Source: Bacteroidales bacterium
Lineage (GTDB): Bacteria > Bacteroidota > Bacteroidia > Bacteroidales > UBA12077
Assembly (NCBI GenBank): GCA_028282585.1
Contig: JANQHR010000067.1
Coordinates: 1 to 45,994, forward strand
Length of the DNA: 45,994 bases
Reading direction: 5' to 3'
In this document: positions 19,803 through 32,382 of the stretch, piece after piece
Position numbering within the stretch: the stretch's first letter is position 1
How the letters are laid out: the number at the start of each line of letters is the position of its first letter
Made by a program: the position numbers and the translations under genes
The notes under the pieces: generated by a model
Databases searched by the model: none
Told to the model about the DNA's origin: nothing
What the model saw: the letters and a program-made list of their open reading frames with translations, nothing else

Positions 19803-19836
19803 GATTTTAAAAATTTAATTATTAATTATCGAGCCG

Positions 19837-19867
19837 CAAAATTAGAATATTTTTTATTTAATACAAA
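19837..19867 (-). promoter_or_regulatory. Sigma-A promoter of rpsF-rpsR-rplI
   Basis: TTTG (-33, 19864-19867), 19 nt spacer, TAATTTTG (-7, 19837-19844). Confidence 0.7.
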
Positions 19868-19978
19868 AGAAATACGAAGTAATTAAGTCAATTAGAAGTA
19901 ATTAATTGGATTAGTCGAATTATAAATAAAATTTATGAAGGCTTTTTAAAGATTATAATCAAAATTGATCAAAAATTT

Positions 19979-19986
19979 TACCTTTG
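19979..19986 (+). promoter_or_regulatory. -7 box (TACCTTTG) of dnaX
   Basis: Matches TAnnTTTG 26 nt before the ATG. Confidence 0.55.
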
Positions 19987-20012
19987 TAAAACGAAGTTGA
20001 AAAAGGAGAAAA

Positions 20013-21737
20013 ATGGATAATTTTATTGTTTCTGCACGAAAATACAGACCCTCTACTTTTAAGTCGGTAGTTGGACAGGCATCAATTACAACGACATTAA
20101 AGAATGCAATTAAAAATAATCATTTAGCACAAGCTTATTTATTTTGCGGACCTCGTGGAGTTGGAAAAACAACTTGTGCAAGGATTTTTGCAAAAACAAT
20201 AAATTGTAAGAATTTAGATGAAAATGTAGAACCTTGTAATATATGTGAATCATGTGAATCTTTTAATAATAACAGATCATATAATATTCATGAGTTAGAT
20301 GCTGCATCGAACAATTCTGTAGAGGATATCAGGAATCTTATCGAGCAGGTAAGGATACCTCCTCAAGTTGGAAAATATAGTATTTACATTATCGATGAGG
20401 TTCATATGCTATCATCTCAGGCATTTAATGCATTTTTAAAAACATTAGAAGAACCACCTGTGCATGCAATATTTATTTTAGCAACTACCGAAAAGCATAA
20501 AATAATACCGACTATTTTATCTCGTTGCCAAATATTTGATTTTAATAGAATTAGAGTTGATGACACAGTCGATTATCTTGAATATATAGCAAAGGAAGAG
20601 GCCATCGATTATGAGATAGATGGTTTAAATATCATAGCACAAAAAGCAGATGGTGCTATGAGAGATGCGTTATCTATTTTCGATCAAGTAGTTAGTTTTT
20701 CAGGCAGTAACATTACGTATCAAGGTGTAATTGATAATCTGAATGTATTGGATTATGATTATTATTTTAAGCTAACCGATGCATTTAATCAAAATAACAT
20801 TTCAGATTCACTTTTAATATTTAATGAAATTGTCGATAAAGGATTTGATGCCCATCACTTTATAAACGGATTAAGTGGACATTTCAGAAATTTATTGGTA
20901 TGTAAGGATGAAGCTACATTACAACTTCTAGAGGTTGGAGCCAATATTCGAGATCGATATAAAGAACAAACAAGATCATGTAATGCAGAGTTTTTATTTT
21001 CTGCTCTTGAGATTTCAAATAAATGTGATGTAGGATATCGATTAAGCAAAAATAAACGCTTACACGTTGAATTAGGATTGATTGAATTATGTAATATTTC
21101 ATTAGAAAAAAAAAACTCTAGTCTGTTAGAAAAAAAAGAAGATACTATAAATAAAGATAAAGAGGACGTTGTAGAGCAGAAGATTAAAAAAACAGAAAAA
21201 CACGAAATAAAAGAGGAAAGTAAAGAGCTTAAGGAAAAGCCTCTATTTCAAAACAGACCAAAATCATTTTCAACCTTTTCTATTAAGGAAAATCTTAATC
21301 AAACTGCAAAAACCGATGTTGTAGAAGAACCCAGAGAAGAAATTCATTTAGTTGAAAACCCTGAAAATCTTGATAATAGCTTTAATGAAAAAGATTTAAC
21401 TGAAAAATGGCATGAGTTTTCAAATAAAATGGGTGCCAGACCAAGAATTTTTAATACTTTAACTTCTAAAGACCCAAAGTTGGAAGATAACAATATAGTT
21501 ACATTTCAGATTGACAATAACCTACAGAAACAAAAGATTAATGAAATTAAAAATGAGTTAATAGATTATTTAAAACGGCAACTAAAAAACTCGAATATTG
21601 AATTAAAGCTTATAATTAGTGAGGTTGAAGAGGAAAATAATAAACTATACACGGCTGAAGATAAGTTCAAACATATGCTTTCTAAAAACCAAGATTTAAA
21701 TAAACTAAAACAAGAGTTTAATTTAGATTTGGAATAA
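20013..21737 (+). CDS. dnaX: DNA polymerase III subunit gamma/tau
   Basis: ARKYRP, GPRGVGKTT, Zn motif PCNICESC, ELDAASN, IIDEVH and SRC. A K/E-rich linker and C-terminal tau domain follow about aa 365. Confidence 0.97.
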   Translation: MDNFIVSARKYRPSTFKSVVGQASITTTLKNAIKNNHLAQAYLFCGPRGVGKTTCARIFAKTINCKNLDENVEPCNICESCESFNNNRSYNIHELDAASNNSVEDIRNLIEQVRIPPQVGKYSIYIIDEVHMLSSQAFNAFLKTLEEPPVHAIFILATTEKHKIIPTILSRCQIFDFNRIRVDDTVDYLEYIAKEEAIDYEIDGLNIIAQKADGAMRDALSIFDQVVSFSGSNITYQGVIDNLNVLDYDYYFKLTDAFNQNNISDSLLIFNEIVDKGFDAHHFINGLSGHFRNLLVCKDEATLQLLEVGANIRDRYKEQTRSCNAEFLFSALEISNKCDVGYRLSKNKRLHVELGLIELCNISLEKKNSSLLEKKEDTINKDKEDVVEQKIKKTEKHEIKEESKELKEKPLFQNRPKSFSTFSIKENLNQTAKTDVVEEPREEIHLVENPENLDNSFNEKDLTEKWHEFSNKMGARPRIFNTLTSKDPKLEDNNIVTFQIDNNLQKQKINEIKNELIDYLKRQLKNSNIELKLIISEVEEENNKLYTAEDKFKHMLSKNQDLNKLKQEFNLDLE

Positions 21738-21804
21738 TTAAACAATTTTACAATTGAATTGTACTAAGAATAAATCGAATTCGAAAATTTTAAAAACAAA
21801 AATT

Positions 21805-22299
21805 ATGTTACCAAAAAAAGTTGAAAAGATTTTAAACGAACAAATTCAAAAAGAAGGATACTCTTCAAATTTATATTTAGCAATGGCTTCTTGGACTGAT
21901 TCAGAAGGTTATGCAGGAATAGCTAAGTGGTTTTTTGCTCAAGCAGAAGAAGAATTAATGCATATGATGAAAATTGTTCATTTCATTAACGAACGTGGAG
22001 GACATGCAATTATTCCGTCATTTGATCAACCACCTGCAAAATTTGATGGTATCAAAAAATTATTTGATCAAGTTTTAGAACATGAGAGATTTATCACAGG
22101 ATCAATTAATGAGATCGTTGCTCTGGCTCATGAAGAAAAAGATTTTGCAACTCAAAATTGGATTCAATGGTTTGTAACTGAACAAATAGAGGAAGAGTCA
22201 TCAGTTCAGCTTATTATTGATAAGTTAAATTTGTTGGGTGAAAAGAATATGTATTTGTTCGATCGTGACATTATGTCATTAAGAGGAACAGGAGAATAA
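21805..22299 (+). CDS. Non-heme ferritin
   Basis: Ferroxidase motifs E..SSNLY, EELMH, HE and QIEEE. The start was moved from the TTG at 21754 to the ATG at 21805. Confidence 0.92.
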   Translation: MLPKKVEKILNEQIQKEGYSSNLYLAMASWTDSEGYAGIAKWFFAQAEEELMHMMKIVHFINERGGHAIIPSFDQPPAKFDGIKKLFDQVLEHERFITGSINEIVALAHEEKDFATQNWIQWFVTEQIEEESSVQLIIDKLNLLGEKNMYLFDRDIMSLRGTGE

Positions 22300-22327
22300 A
22301 AGCTAATTTGCTTTTTGAAATATACAT

Positions 22328-22359
22328 AACCGTTGCAAATTCTGTTGCAGCGGTTTTTT
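22328..22359 (+). terminator. Intrinsic terminator after ferritin
   Basis: AACCGTTGCAA...TTGCAGCGGTT followed by a T run. Confidence 0.75.
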
Positions 22360-22472
22360 CGTTTATATTTTCTTGATTATATGAATGACAGAACAGTTTT
22401 CTTGAATGATTTTTGTAATAACCCAAAGTATCAAAAAATAATAAATCATTCCACGAATTACTTGTAAAATGT

Positions 22473-22480
22473 TACATTTG
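22473..22480 (+). promoter_or_regulatory. -7 box (TACATTTG) of secA
   Basis: Matches TAnnTTTG. Confidence 0.55.
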
Positions 22481-22515
22481 TAGATTAATTCGATTTAAAT
22501 TTTAAAACAATAATA

Positions 22516-25500
22516 ATGAGCTTAATTACCAATGTATTAACTAAATTTTTCGGCAATAAATCTGAAAGGGATATTAGAGAGGTTGCTCCAGTTGTTGAGA
22601 AAATAAAAGAAGAATACAAACGAATAGTAAATTTATCAAATGACGATTTACGCGCTAAAACGCAAGAAATAAAATTCGAAATAAGAGATCATATAAAAGA
22701 AGAATCCGAAAGAATAAAAAGCCTAAAAGAAAAAGCTGAAAGCGATGAGGTTGATATTTTTGAAAAAGAAACGATTTACGACGAAATTGATAAAATTGAA
22801 GAAAGTATAGATACAAAGCTGGAAGATAAGTTAAATGAAGTGCTTCCAATCGTTTTTGCAATTGTAAAAGATACAGCGCGTCGTTTTAAAGAAAATGATT
22901 TCATCGAAGTAGCCACTAATGATTTTGATAAAGATCTGGCTGCTGTATATGAAAATGTGGAAATTAAGGGATCAAAAGCAAAGTACTATAATTCCTGGTT
23001 GGCAGGCGGAAATGAAACTAAATGGGAAATGGTTCATTACGACGTACAATTAATTGGTGGCGTTGTATTGCACCAGGGTCGAATTGCTGAGATGGCAACA
23101 GGTGAAGGTAAAACGTTAGTAGCTACTTTACCCGTGTTCCTAAACGCCTTGACAGGAAGAGGGGTTCATGTTGTTACCGTAAACGATTATCTGGCAAAAC
23201 GTGACTCGGAATGGATGGGACCAATTTTCCAATTCCATGGATTATCAGTTGATTGTATTGATAAGCATGAACCAAATTCAGAGTCAAGACGAAAAGCTTA
23301 TAATTCCGATATTACGTATGGTACTAACAATGAGTTTGGTTTTGATTATCTGCGTGATAATATGGCAATCAATCCGGATGATTTGGTTCAAAGAAAACAT
23401 AATTATGCAATTGTAGATGAAGTTGACTCCGTGTTAATTGATGATGCAAGAACACCTTTAATTATTTCAGGACCAATTCCTAAAGGAGATATGCAACTTT
23501 TCGAAGAGTTAAAACCAAAAGTAGAGATATTGGTTGAAGCACAACGAAAATTAATGAATCAGGTTCTGGCAGAAGCAAGAAAAGAACTGAACGACAATAA
23601 TACAGAAAAGTCAGGATTTTTATTATTACAAGCTTATAAAGGATTACCAAAAAGCAAAGCATTAATTAAGTTATTATCAGAAGAAGGAAATAAGTCACTG
23701 ATGTTAAAGACCGAAAACTTCTATATGCAAGATAACAACAAAAATATGCATAAGGTTACCGATGAATTGTTCTTCACAATTGATGAAAAAAATAATTCAA
23801 TTGAAATGACGGATAAAGGAATAGACCTTATTACTTCAAAATCGGATGATGCAAATTTCTTTATTTTACCCGATATTGGTTCCGAAGTAGCTGAACTTGA
23901 GAAATCAGGCTTAAAAGAGAATGAAAAATTAGCCAAGAAAGATCAGTTGTTGCAGGATTATGCGATAAAATCCGAACGTGTTCATACTATCAATCAATTA
24001 TTAAAAGCATATGCATTATTTGAAAAAGATGTTGAATATGTTGTAATTGATAATAAAGTTAAGATTGTTGATGAACAAACTGGCCGTATTATGGAAGGAA
24101 GACGCTACTCAGACGGCTTACATCAGGCAATTGAAGCAAAGGAACGGGTAAAAGTAGAAGCGGCAACTCAAACTTTTGCTACTATTACTTTACAGAATTA
24201 TTTCAGAATGTACCATAAATTATCTGGTATGACAGGAACTGCAGAAACAGAGGCAGGAGAATTCTGGGATATTTATGAATTGGATGTTGTTGTAATTCCA
24301 ACAAATAGACCAATTTCAAGAAACGATGATGAAGATTTTGTATATAAAACCAAACGTGAAAAATATAATGCAGTTGCAAACGAGATCTCCGATCTAGTAA
24401 ATAATGGGCGACCTGTACTTGTTGGTACAACTTCTGTTGAGATTTCTGAGTTACTGAGCCGGATGCTTAAGATTAAAGGCATTAAACATAATGTTTTGAA
24501 TGCTAAATTACACCAACGTGAAGCTGATATTGTAGCAGAAGCAGGTAAGTCTAAAACAGTTACCATTGCAACTAATATGGCTGGTCGTGGTACTGATATT
24601 AAGTTATCAAAAGAGGTAAAAGACGCCGGTGGTTTAGCGATTCTAGGTACCGAACGTCATGAATCGCGTCGTGTTGACCGCCAGCTAAGGGGGCGTGCCG
24701 GTCGTCAGGGCGACCCGGGATCATCTCAATTTTTTGTTTCGCTGGAAGATGATTTAATGCGTTTATTTGGATCCGATAGGATTGCTGGGATTATGGATCG
24801 TTTGGGATTAAAGGAAGGAGAGGTAATTCAACATTCAATGATTTCCAAATCCATTGAGAGAGCACAAAAGAAAGTTGAAGAAAATAACTTCGGGGTACGT
24901 AAAAGGTTACTTGAGTATGACGATGTAATGAACTCTCAACGCGAAGTAATCTATAAAAAACGTAGAAATGCACTATTCGGTGAACGTTTAAGTGTTGATA
25001 TAGCTAATATGATGTCGGATGTTTGTGAAAGCATAGTTGATGAGTATCAGAATAATGCAGATTTCGAAGGATTCAAATTTGAGTTATTACGTACTTTTTC
25101 AGTAGAATCACCATTCGATGAACAGAGGTTTTTAAAAGATGATGCAAGTTCACTAACTGATGAAATATATAAGCTTGTATTAGAAACATATAAGCGAAAA
25201 GAAGAAGCAATAGCAAAACAAGCCTATCCTGTTATTAAAGATGTGTATGAAAAAAGTGGCCATACATATGAAAATATTGTAGTACCGGTAACAGATGGTA
25301 CTAAGACATTACAAGTAATAACTAACCTTGAAAAGTCATATAAAACGGAAGGTAAAGATCTGGTAAAATCCTATCAAAAATCAGCTATACTAGCGCACAT
25401 CGATGAGTCGTGGAAAGAGCATTTACGCGAGCTCGACGACTTAAAGCAATCTGTTCAGGCAGCAACTTATGAACAAAAAGATCCATTATTGATTTATAAG

Positions 25501-25809
25501 TTTGAATCATTCGAGTTATTTAAAGCAATGATTGATAAAGTAAATCGCGATGTTGTTGCAACTCTTGTTAAAGGGCATATTCCAATTCAGGACCCGGATA
25601 AAGTTCGCGAGGCAGAACAACGCAGAAGAACGGATTATAGTAGGATGCAAACCAGTCGCCCTGACCAGGGAGGAAGTGAGCAAGGTGAAAAGAGACAAAA
25701 AGCGCAACCTGTTCGTGTTGAGAAAAAAGTTGGAAGAAATGAACCTTGTCCTTGTGGTAGCGGTAAAAAGTATAAAAACTGTCACGGAAGAGTTCAAGCA
25801 GAAGCTTAA
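22516..25809 (+). CDS. secA: Preprotein translocase subunit SecA (long Bacteroidota type)
   Basis: [35 protein letters not shown] and the C-terminal SEC-C motif [14 protein letters not shown]. Confidence 0.98.
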   Translation: MSLITNVLTKFFGNKSERDIREVAPVVEKIKEEYKRIVNLSNDDLRAKTQEIKFEIRDHIKEESERIKSLKEKAESDEVDIFEKETIYDEIDKIEESIDTKLEDKLNEVLPIVFAIVKDTARRFKENDFIEVATNDFDKDLAAVYENVEIKGSKAKYYNSWLAGGNETKWEMVHYDVQLIGGVVLHQGRIAEMATGEGKTLVATLPVFLNALTGRGVHVVTVNDYLAKRDSEWMGPIFQFHGLSVDCIDKHEPNSESRRKAYNSDITYGTNNEFGFDYLRDNMAINPDDLVQRKHNYAIVDEVDSVLIDDARTPLIISGPIPKGDMQLFEELKPKVEILVEAQRKLMNQVLAEARKELNDNNTEKSGFLLLQAYKGLPKSKALIKLLSEEGNKSLMLKTENFYMQDNNKNMHKVTDELFFTIDEKNNSIEMTDKGIDLITSKSDDANFFILPDIGSEVAELEKSGLKENEKLAKKDQLLQDYAIKSERVHTINQLLKAYALFEKDVEYVVIDNKVKIVDEQTGRIMEGRRYSDGLHQAIEAKERVKVEAATQTFATITLQNYFRMYHKLSGMTGTAETEAGEFWDIYELDVVVIPTNRPISRNDDEDFVYKTKREKYNAVANEISDLVNNGRPVLVGTTSVEISELLSRMLKIKGIKHNVLNAKLHQREADIVAEAGKSKTVTIATNMAGRGTDIKLSKEVKDAGGLAILGTERHESRRVDRQLRGRAGRQGDPGSSQFFVSLEDDLMRLFGSDRIAGIMDRLGLKEGEVIQHSMISKSIERAQKKVEENNFGVRKRLLEYDDVMNSQREVIYKKRRNALFGERLSVDIANMMSDVCESIVDEYQNNADFEGFKFELLRTFSVESPFDEQRFLKDDASSLTDEIYKLVLETYKRKEEAIAKQAYPVIKDVYEKSGHTYENIVVPVTDGTKTLQVITNLEKSYKTEGKDLVKSYQKSAILAHIDESWKEHLRELDDLKQSVQAATYEQKDPLLIYKFESFELFKAMIDKVNRDVVATLVKGHIPIQDPDKVREAEQRRRTDYSRMQTSRPDQGGSEQGEKRQKAQPVRVEKKVGRNEPCPCGSGKKYKNCHGRVQAEA

Positions 25810-25822
25810 GATAAATGATATG

Positions 25823-25875
25823 AAAAATTAAAGGTTGCAAATCCCGATAATTATCGGGAGCAGCCTTTAATTTTT
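25823..25875. terminator. Bidirectional terminator-like hairpin carrying a perfect 18-bp palindrome
   Basis: AAAAATTAAAGGTTGC...GCAGCCTTTAATTTTT encloses TCCCGATAATTATCGGGA (25842-25859). Confidence 0.7.
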
Positions 25876-27270
25876 TGTTGCTATGGTATGATAAGCATGA
25901 AATATTGTTTTTCCTTTTTCTCCGGTAAATTTAAATTCTTGCGATTTACCTCCGGTGGGCGAATTCGTAAGTAATGTAATGTTGTTCAATCCCTTATTTA
26001 AAGGAATGCGAGCGTATGAAATTGAGTAGGGAAGAGTTTGCCAATTTCTGGTATCTGCTTTTTCTGTTACTGTATTTATAATATTTACTAAAGTGCCCAA
26101 TGCTTCATCTTCTTCATCAGCTAAGGCTTCCAGAGCCTTTTTTGTAGCTAAGCGTCCAATGGCAGATGCCATTTCCCGAAGCATTCTGTCTTTTAACGTT
26201 TTAAATGCAATATCATTAATATCTTGCATTAATTCTAGTTTATATGCCTTTGAGTTTGAAGTTAAAAGTGCATTTGTGTAATAAGGCAACCTTTCTACAT
26301 ATTTTGGGAAAGCCACTCTAAAAAAACGTAAATCATGAAATGCATCTTTCTCTCTTTTAGTTTTATCTCCTATATAAATTGGAAAAGATAGGTCATATTC
26401 GTCATTTACCATAGTAACGTACCCACTTCTACTATTAGGAACTTTTACAAAATTAATAGAGGTTTCGGCTTTATATGGACCAAATCCATTTAACCAGAAA
26501 AAGATTAATTCTCCATTTTCATTAGGCCGGAATTCAAATTTCTTATCGAACTTTTCTTCATAGTAGCTTACTTCATCATTGAAACCTGTTAAATAAGCAG
26601 TTCTTAAAATATCGTCCTTTAGTTGCTCGGGAACCGATATATCAAAAAACTCTTTGTAGTCTGTTTCATAAACTTCAAGAGCGTTTCTGTAAGCTATAAA
26701 CGCATTATTATAATCCGTATCAGCTTCATAAATTATTCCCATTAAATGATGAGCAAATGCATCGCGTTGATAACGGTTTTTATGGTCCTTGTGTTTGTCG
26801 TTTAACTGATTAAGCTTTATGTTAATACGTCTACACTCAACTATTGCACTCTCAAATTTTCCTAACTGTATATAATTTAGTGCCATAAAGTAATTAACCA
26901 TTACTATTTCAAAGTCTTCTGGTTTATATGGCTTTATTGTAGGATTTGAGACATATGTAAGTGCTTCCAGGTAGTAATTTCTTACATAATCCTCAATAAC
27001 CTTTTCCGCAATGGAAAAATAATGATTGCTTTCATTGTAATTTTGAAGTATCCACGAAACGTAACCTCGGTTTAAATAGTACAACAACATATTTTTACCA
27101 TCGGCATCCTTATCGTTTTTATCTAACCAATTATTAGCACTTTCAAAGTTACCTTGAGTAATATGATTCTGAAATTCAATATTTCTTTGGTAATAGGTAG
27201 CACATCCGGCAATCAACAAAACGATGAAAAGAATGAAGAAAATCCAGCTATATTTCTTAAAAGATTTCAT
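25867..27270 (-). CDS. COG3014-like TPR lipoprotein
   Basis: Lipobox LIAGC, 'PYKPEDFEIVMVNYFMALNY', 'AIVECRR' and C-terminal 'EKADTRNWQTLP'. Confidence 0.7.
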   Translation of the reverse strand: MKSFKKYSWIFFILFIVLLIAGCATYYQRNIEFQNHITQGNFESANNWLDKNDKDADGKNMLLYYLNRGYVSWILQNYNESNHYFSIAEKVIEDYVRNYYLEALTYVSNPTIKPYKPEDFEIVMVNYFMALNYIQLGKFESAIVECRRINIKLNQLNDKHKDHKNRYQRDAFAHHLMGIIYEADTDYNNAFIAYRNALEVYETDYKEFFDISVPEQLKDDILRTAYLTGFNDEVSYYEEKFDKKFEFRPNENGELIFFWLNGFGPYKAETSINFVKVPNSRSGYVTMVNDEYDLSFPIYIGDKTKREKDAFHDLRFFRVAFPKYVERLPYYTNALLTSNSKAYKLELMQDINDIAFKTLKDRMLREMASAIGRLATKKALEALADEEDEALGTLVNIINTVTEKADTRNWQTLPYSISYARIPLNKGLNNITLLTNSPTGGKSQEFKFTGEKGKTIFHAYHTIATKN

Positions 27271-27276
27271 TCTATG

Positions 27277-27870
27277 TTAATTTCGGATATATTTTTTGAT
27301 CTTTTTATCACCTATCCAAACTATTTCGTTAGTTTCAAGATGAGAAAGTTCAAGGTTTACCTGATAGTAGATGACTTTTTCCTTTTTATATGTGTCAACT
27401 ACAGATTTAATAGTGCCTTGTAACATATAATCTGCTCCAAGTTCCAAACCCCAGTTCTTTGCTGTTTCACCTGACGCAAAATCTTGTTGATCAACTCTTT
27501 CTGCACGAAGCGCTTCTCTTTTATCAGCAGCCTGAACTAATCTTGCTGATCCATCTTGAATAATTGCTTTTTCAATATCTTTAATAAAAGTATTAGCATC
27601 TATATGCTCATGACTCTTATTCTTAACCAAGCCAACAATAAGTACAGGTCGTTTATTAGAGTTTCCTGATTTATATTCTATAATCCAGTTATCATAAAGT
27701 AACTGTTTAATCATCTCTTCAGAAACTGCCCTGGAATCCGAATCATTCCATCTACCACTTAAATCAATTGTTTGATCGGTTTCAACTCTTTGTACTTGTC
27801 TTTTGGGAGCACAACTAAAAGTTATAAATACAATTATTACTAAGCTTATAAGTTTGTATAGTTTTTCCAT
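27277..27870 (-). CDS. LpoB-like (penicillin-binding protein activator family) lipoprotein
   Basis: Lipobox TFSC, 'DLSGRWNDSD', 'NKSHEHID', 'GADYMLQGTI' and 'EIVWIGDKKIKK'. Confidence 0.75.
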   Translation of the reverse strand: MEKLYKLISLVIIVFITFSCAPKRQVQRVETDQTIDLSGRWNDSDSRAVSEEMIKQLLYDNWIIEYKSGNSNKRPVLIVGLVKNKSHEHIDANTFIKDIEKAIIQDGSARLVQAADKREALRAERVDQQDFASGETAKNWGLELGADYMLQGTIKSVVDTYKKEKVIYYQVNLELSHLETNEIVWIGDKKIKKYIRN

Positions 27871-27940
27871 ATCAATTTTATTTTAATCGTGAAAAAGTTA
27901 GCAAAAATTAGACCAGAATATTGTAAAACTAAAAAGAAAA

Positions 27941-28031
27941 TGGAACACTGGTAAAACAAATTATTACACAAATATATTTCGGATTTAATCCTTGATAATC
28001 AGCGGCTTGCATCTGTGTTATCAGCGTTCAA
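27941..28031. repeat. Imperfect ~90 bp inverted repeat with periodic ATC-initiated subunits
   Basis: The left arm TGGAACACTGGTAAAACAAAT matches the reverse complement of the right arm (TTGAACGCTGATAACACAGAT) at 16/21. The centre is GGAT-TTA-ATCC. Confidence 0.55.
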
Positions 28032-28040
28032 ATGATAGAA

Positions 28041-28925
28041 CTATATTTTTTGAATTAATTCATCTAGTTTTTCGTAAGTCTGCTTACTTACCGGAATCAA
28101 TGGTAAGCGAAGATTATTTTCAATAATCCCTAAAATTTCTAAAGCAGCCTTAATTCCGCCCGGGTTTCCTTCAACAAATAAATAATTGATAAACTCCAGT
28201 AATCTGTAATGTATTTCTTCAGCCTCATTAAATTTGTTATTTAAAGCTAACTGAACCATATCCGAAAATTCTTTTGGTAAAGCATTGGCAACCACAGATA
28301 TAACACCAGATACACCAATTGACATTAATGGAAGTGTAATTGCATCGTCTCCTGAAACAACTATAAAATCTTTAGGTTTATCATTTACTATGTTCATAAC
28401 TTGAGAAAAATCTCCCGATGCTTCTTTAATCGCAACAATATTATTAAAATCACGAGCTAAACGAATGGTAGTTTCTGCTTTTATATTCGAACAAGTTCTT
28501 CCCGGGACATTGTATAATATTATATCAACCGGACAAGCTTCGGCAATTGCTTTGAAATGTTGGTATAATCCTTCCTGTGTGGGTTTGTTATAATAAGGAG
28601 CAACCGAAAGTATAGCATCGATTTGATTAAAATCTGTTTTTTTTATTTTATCTACTATAGCTTGGGTATTATTACCTCCAACTCCTAAAACAATAGGGAT
28701 CCTTTTATTTACTTTTTCAACAATAAATTTTACTAATTCTTCCTTTTCAGATTCAGTTTGGGTAACAGATTCACCTGTAGTTCCAAGTACAATAAGATAA
28801 TTAATTCCATTGGCAATTAAATGCTCAATTTGTTTTTCAAGGCCTTCAAAATCAATGCTTAAATCTTTTTTAAATGGTGTAATAATGGCTACACCGGTTC
28901 CTGCAAATTTATGTTGTGTGCTCAT
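28041..28925 (-). CDS. dapA: 4-hydroxy-tetrahydrodipicolinate synthase
   Basis: GTTGES, PYYNKP, LYNVPGRT, IKEASG and SGDD motifs. Confidence 0.96.
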   Translation of the reverse strand: MSTQHKFAGTGVAIITPFKKDLSIDFEGLEKQIEHLIANGINYLIVLGTTGESVTQTESEKEELVKFIVEKVNKRIPIVLGVGGNNTQAIVDKIKKTDFNQIDAILSVAPYYNKPTQEGLYQHFKAIAEACPVDIILYNVPGRTCSNIKAETTIRLARDFNNIVAIKEASGDFSQVMNIVNDKPKDFIVVSGDDAITLPLMSIGVSGVISVVANALPKEFSDMVQLALNNKFNEAEEIHYRLLEFINYLFVEGNPGGIKAALEILGIIENNLRLPLIPVSKQTYEKLDELIQKI

Positions 28926-28927
28926 AC

Positions 28928-29467
28928 TTAATTGTTTAATATGTTTAGGTAATGCTTTATTTGTTCAATAAGATAATCAACTGATTCGTTCTTCTGAATA
29001 TCAATAACCAAATCCTGGTATGAATTACTATTTTGTTTTCCGATTTTAAATTCAGCTCTTGAAAGTGAACCTACATAGTTTACGGTAAAATATTCACTAA
29101 TACTAAGATCAAATAGAATATCAAAATCTTGATTTATAAATTGTTCAATCAATTCGTTTTTAGGTTTATGGTACCAGTTTAAATCCGTATCACAATAAAA
29201 ATTTATTCCTTTTCGCATTAAAAATTGTTGTGGAATTTTTTTTACCGGGACATATCCTAATGCATAAACTTTCATACCGTTATTCGATAGAAAAGACAAA
29301 AAATCCTTTACCGCGCTGAATGATTGTTCATCAGGTGAACTAAATAAAATACCTGCAGATTGGGCTGTTTTAAAATTATGGGTTTTAACTTTTCTTTTTT
29401 GGTTTTTCAATCGTTTTTTCAGATTGAATTCTCCAAGTTTATTTTTAATGTTATTAAATGTACTCAC
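28928..29467 (-). CDS. Conserved Bacteroidota hypothetical protein (DUF6913-like)
   Basis: 'FDILFDL...SRAEFKIG...DLVI...IKHYLNIL'; GTG start; tightly linked between ligA and dapA. Confidence 0.65.
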   Translation of the reverse strand: MSTFNNIKNKLGEFNLKKRLKNQKRKVKTHNFKTAQSAGILFSSPDEQSFSAVKDFLSFLSNNGMKVYALGYVPVKKIPQQFLMRKGINFYCDTDLNWYHKPKNELIEQFINQDFDILFDLSISEYFTVNYVGSLSRAEFKIGKQNSNSYQDLVIDIQKNESVDYLIEQIKHYLNILNN

Positions 29468-29494
29468 GATGCAATTATACTATTTTTATTCCGC

Positions 29495-31597
<2,103 letters not shown>

Positions 31598-31671
31598 TTA
31601 TTGAGTGTCACTGATCTGTTATTTGCAAGTAAAGCAACAATTACTTATTTTCGGATGATCATTTTAAGATT

Positions 31672-32382
31672 ATGAACCAAATAAGAATTATATTAATACT
31701 TACTATTGCTTTTTCCGCAGCATGTAAAGATGAAGATACCTTTAAAACTGATTTTGTCGGTTTTGAAGACTTAGAATTGGAAGATCAATCATATTGGTAT
31801 GGTTCAGATGGTTCGGGAGATTTTGCAATTGGAAACAAAATATTTAGCAATAACTTTTATTCAGACTGGAATACCTGGAGTGGATTTGCTTATTCAAATA
31901 TCATCAATTCTTTGTATTATAACGAATCGGCTAAATATGCAGCTTATCCAAGTGGTGGTGCTAATGAATCAAATAATTATGTGGTTGGACGTCAGTTTGA
32001 AAAAATTTTAATTGAGTTTGAAGAGGTTGAAGAGCAAAGGCTTGTTCAGATAGCTAACTGTACCTATTCTGCACTTGCAATTAAATACGGATATGGGTTT
32101 GCTAAGAAATTTGGTGGAAGAGATGGGAGTGATCCTGATTGGTTTAAGCTTACTATAACTGGATTTGACCATGCAAATGGAATAACCGGATCAATTGATA
32201 TTTTTTTGGCAGATTTTCGTTATGAAGATGATGTAAACGATTATATTCTGGGTACTTGGCGGTATATTGATTTAACAAGCTTGGGTTTGGTTAAAAGATT
32301 AGAGTTTGATTTATCTTCGTCAGATGCTGGCACACCACTATATTTTTGTTTAGATAATTTAAAGGGTAGAATCCATTATTAA
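31672..32382 (+). CDS. DUF4465-like lipoprotein
   Basis: Lipobox SAAC, 'WSGFAYSN', 'AKKFGG...DWFKLTITG', 'LADFR...W..IDLTSLG...SSSD..TPLYFCLDN'. Confidence 0.75.
   Translation: MNQIRIILILTIAFSAACKDEDTFKTDFVGFEDLELEDQSYWYGSDGSGDFAIGNKIFSNNFYSDWNTWSGFAYSNIINSLYYNESAKYAAYPSGGANESNNYVVGRQFEKILIEFEEVEEQRLVQIANCTYSALAIKYGYGFAKKFGGRDGSDPDWFKLTITGFDHANGITGSIDIFLADFRYEDDVNDYILGTWRYIDLTSLGLVKRLEFDLSSSDAGTPLYFCLDNLKGRIHY

Noticed and set aside
19803-19836. S6:S18-binding leader RNA
   Set aside because: The leader is short and AU-rich, without a recognisable CCG-containing stem.
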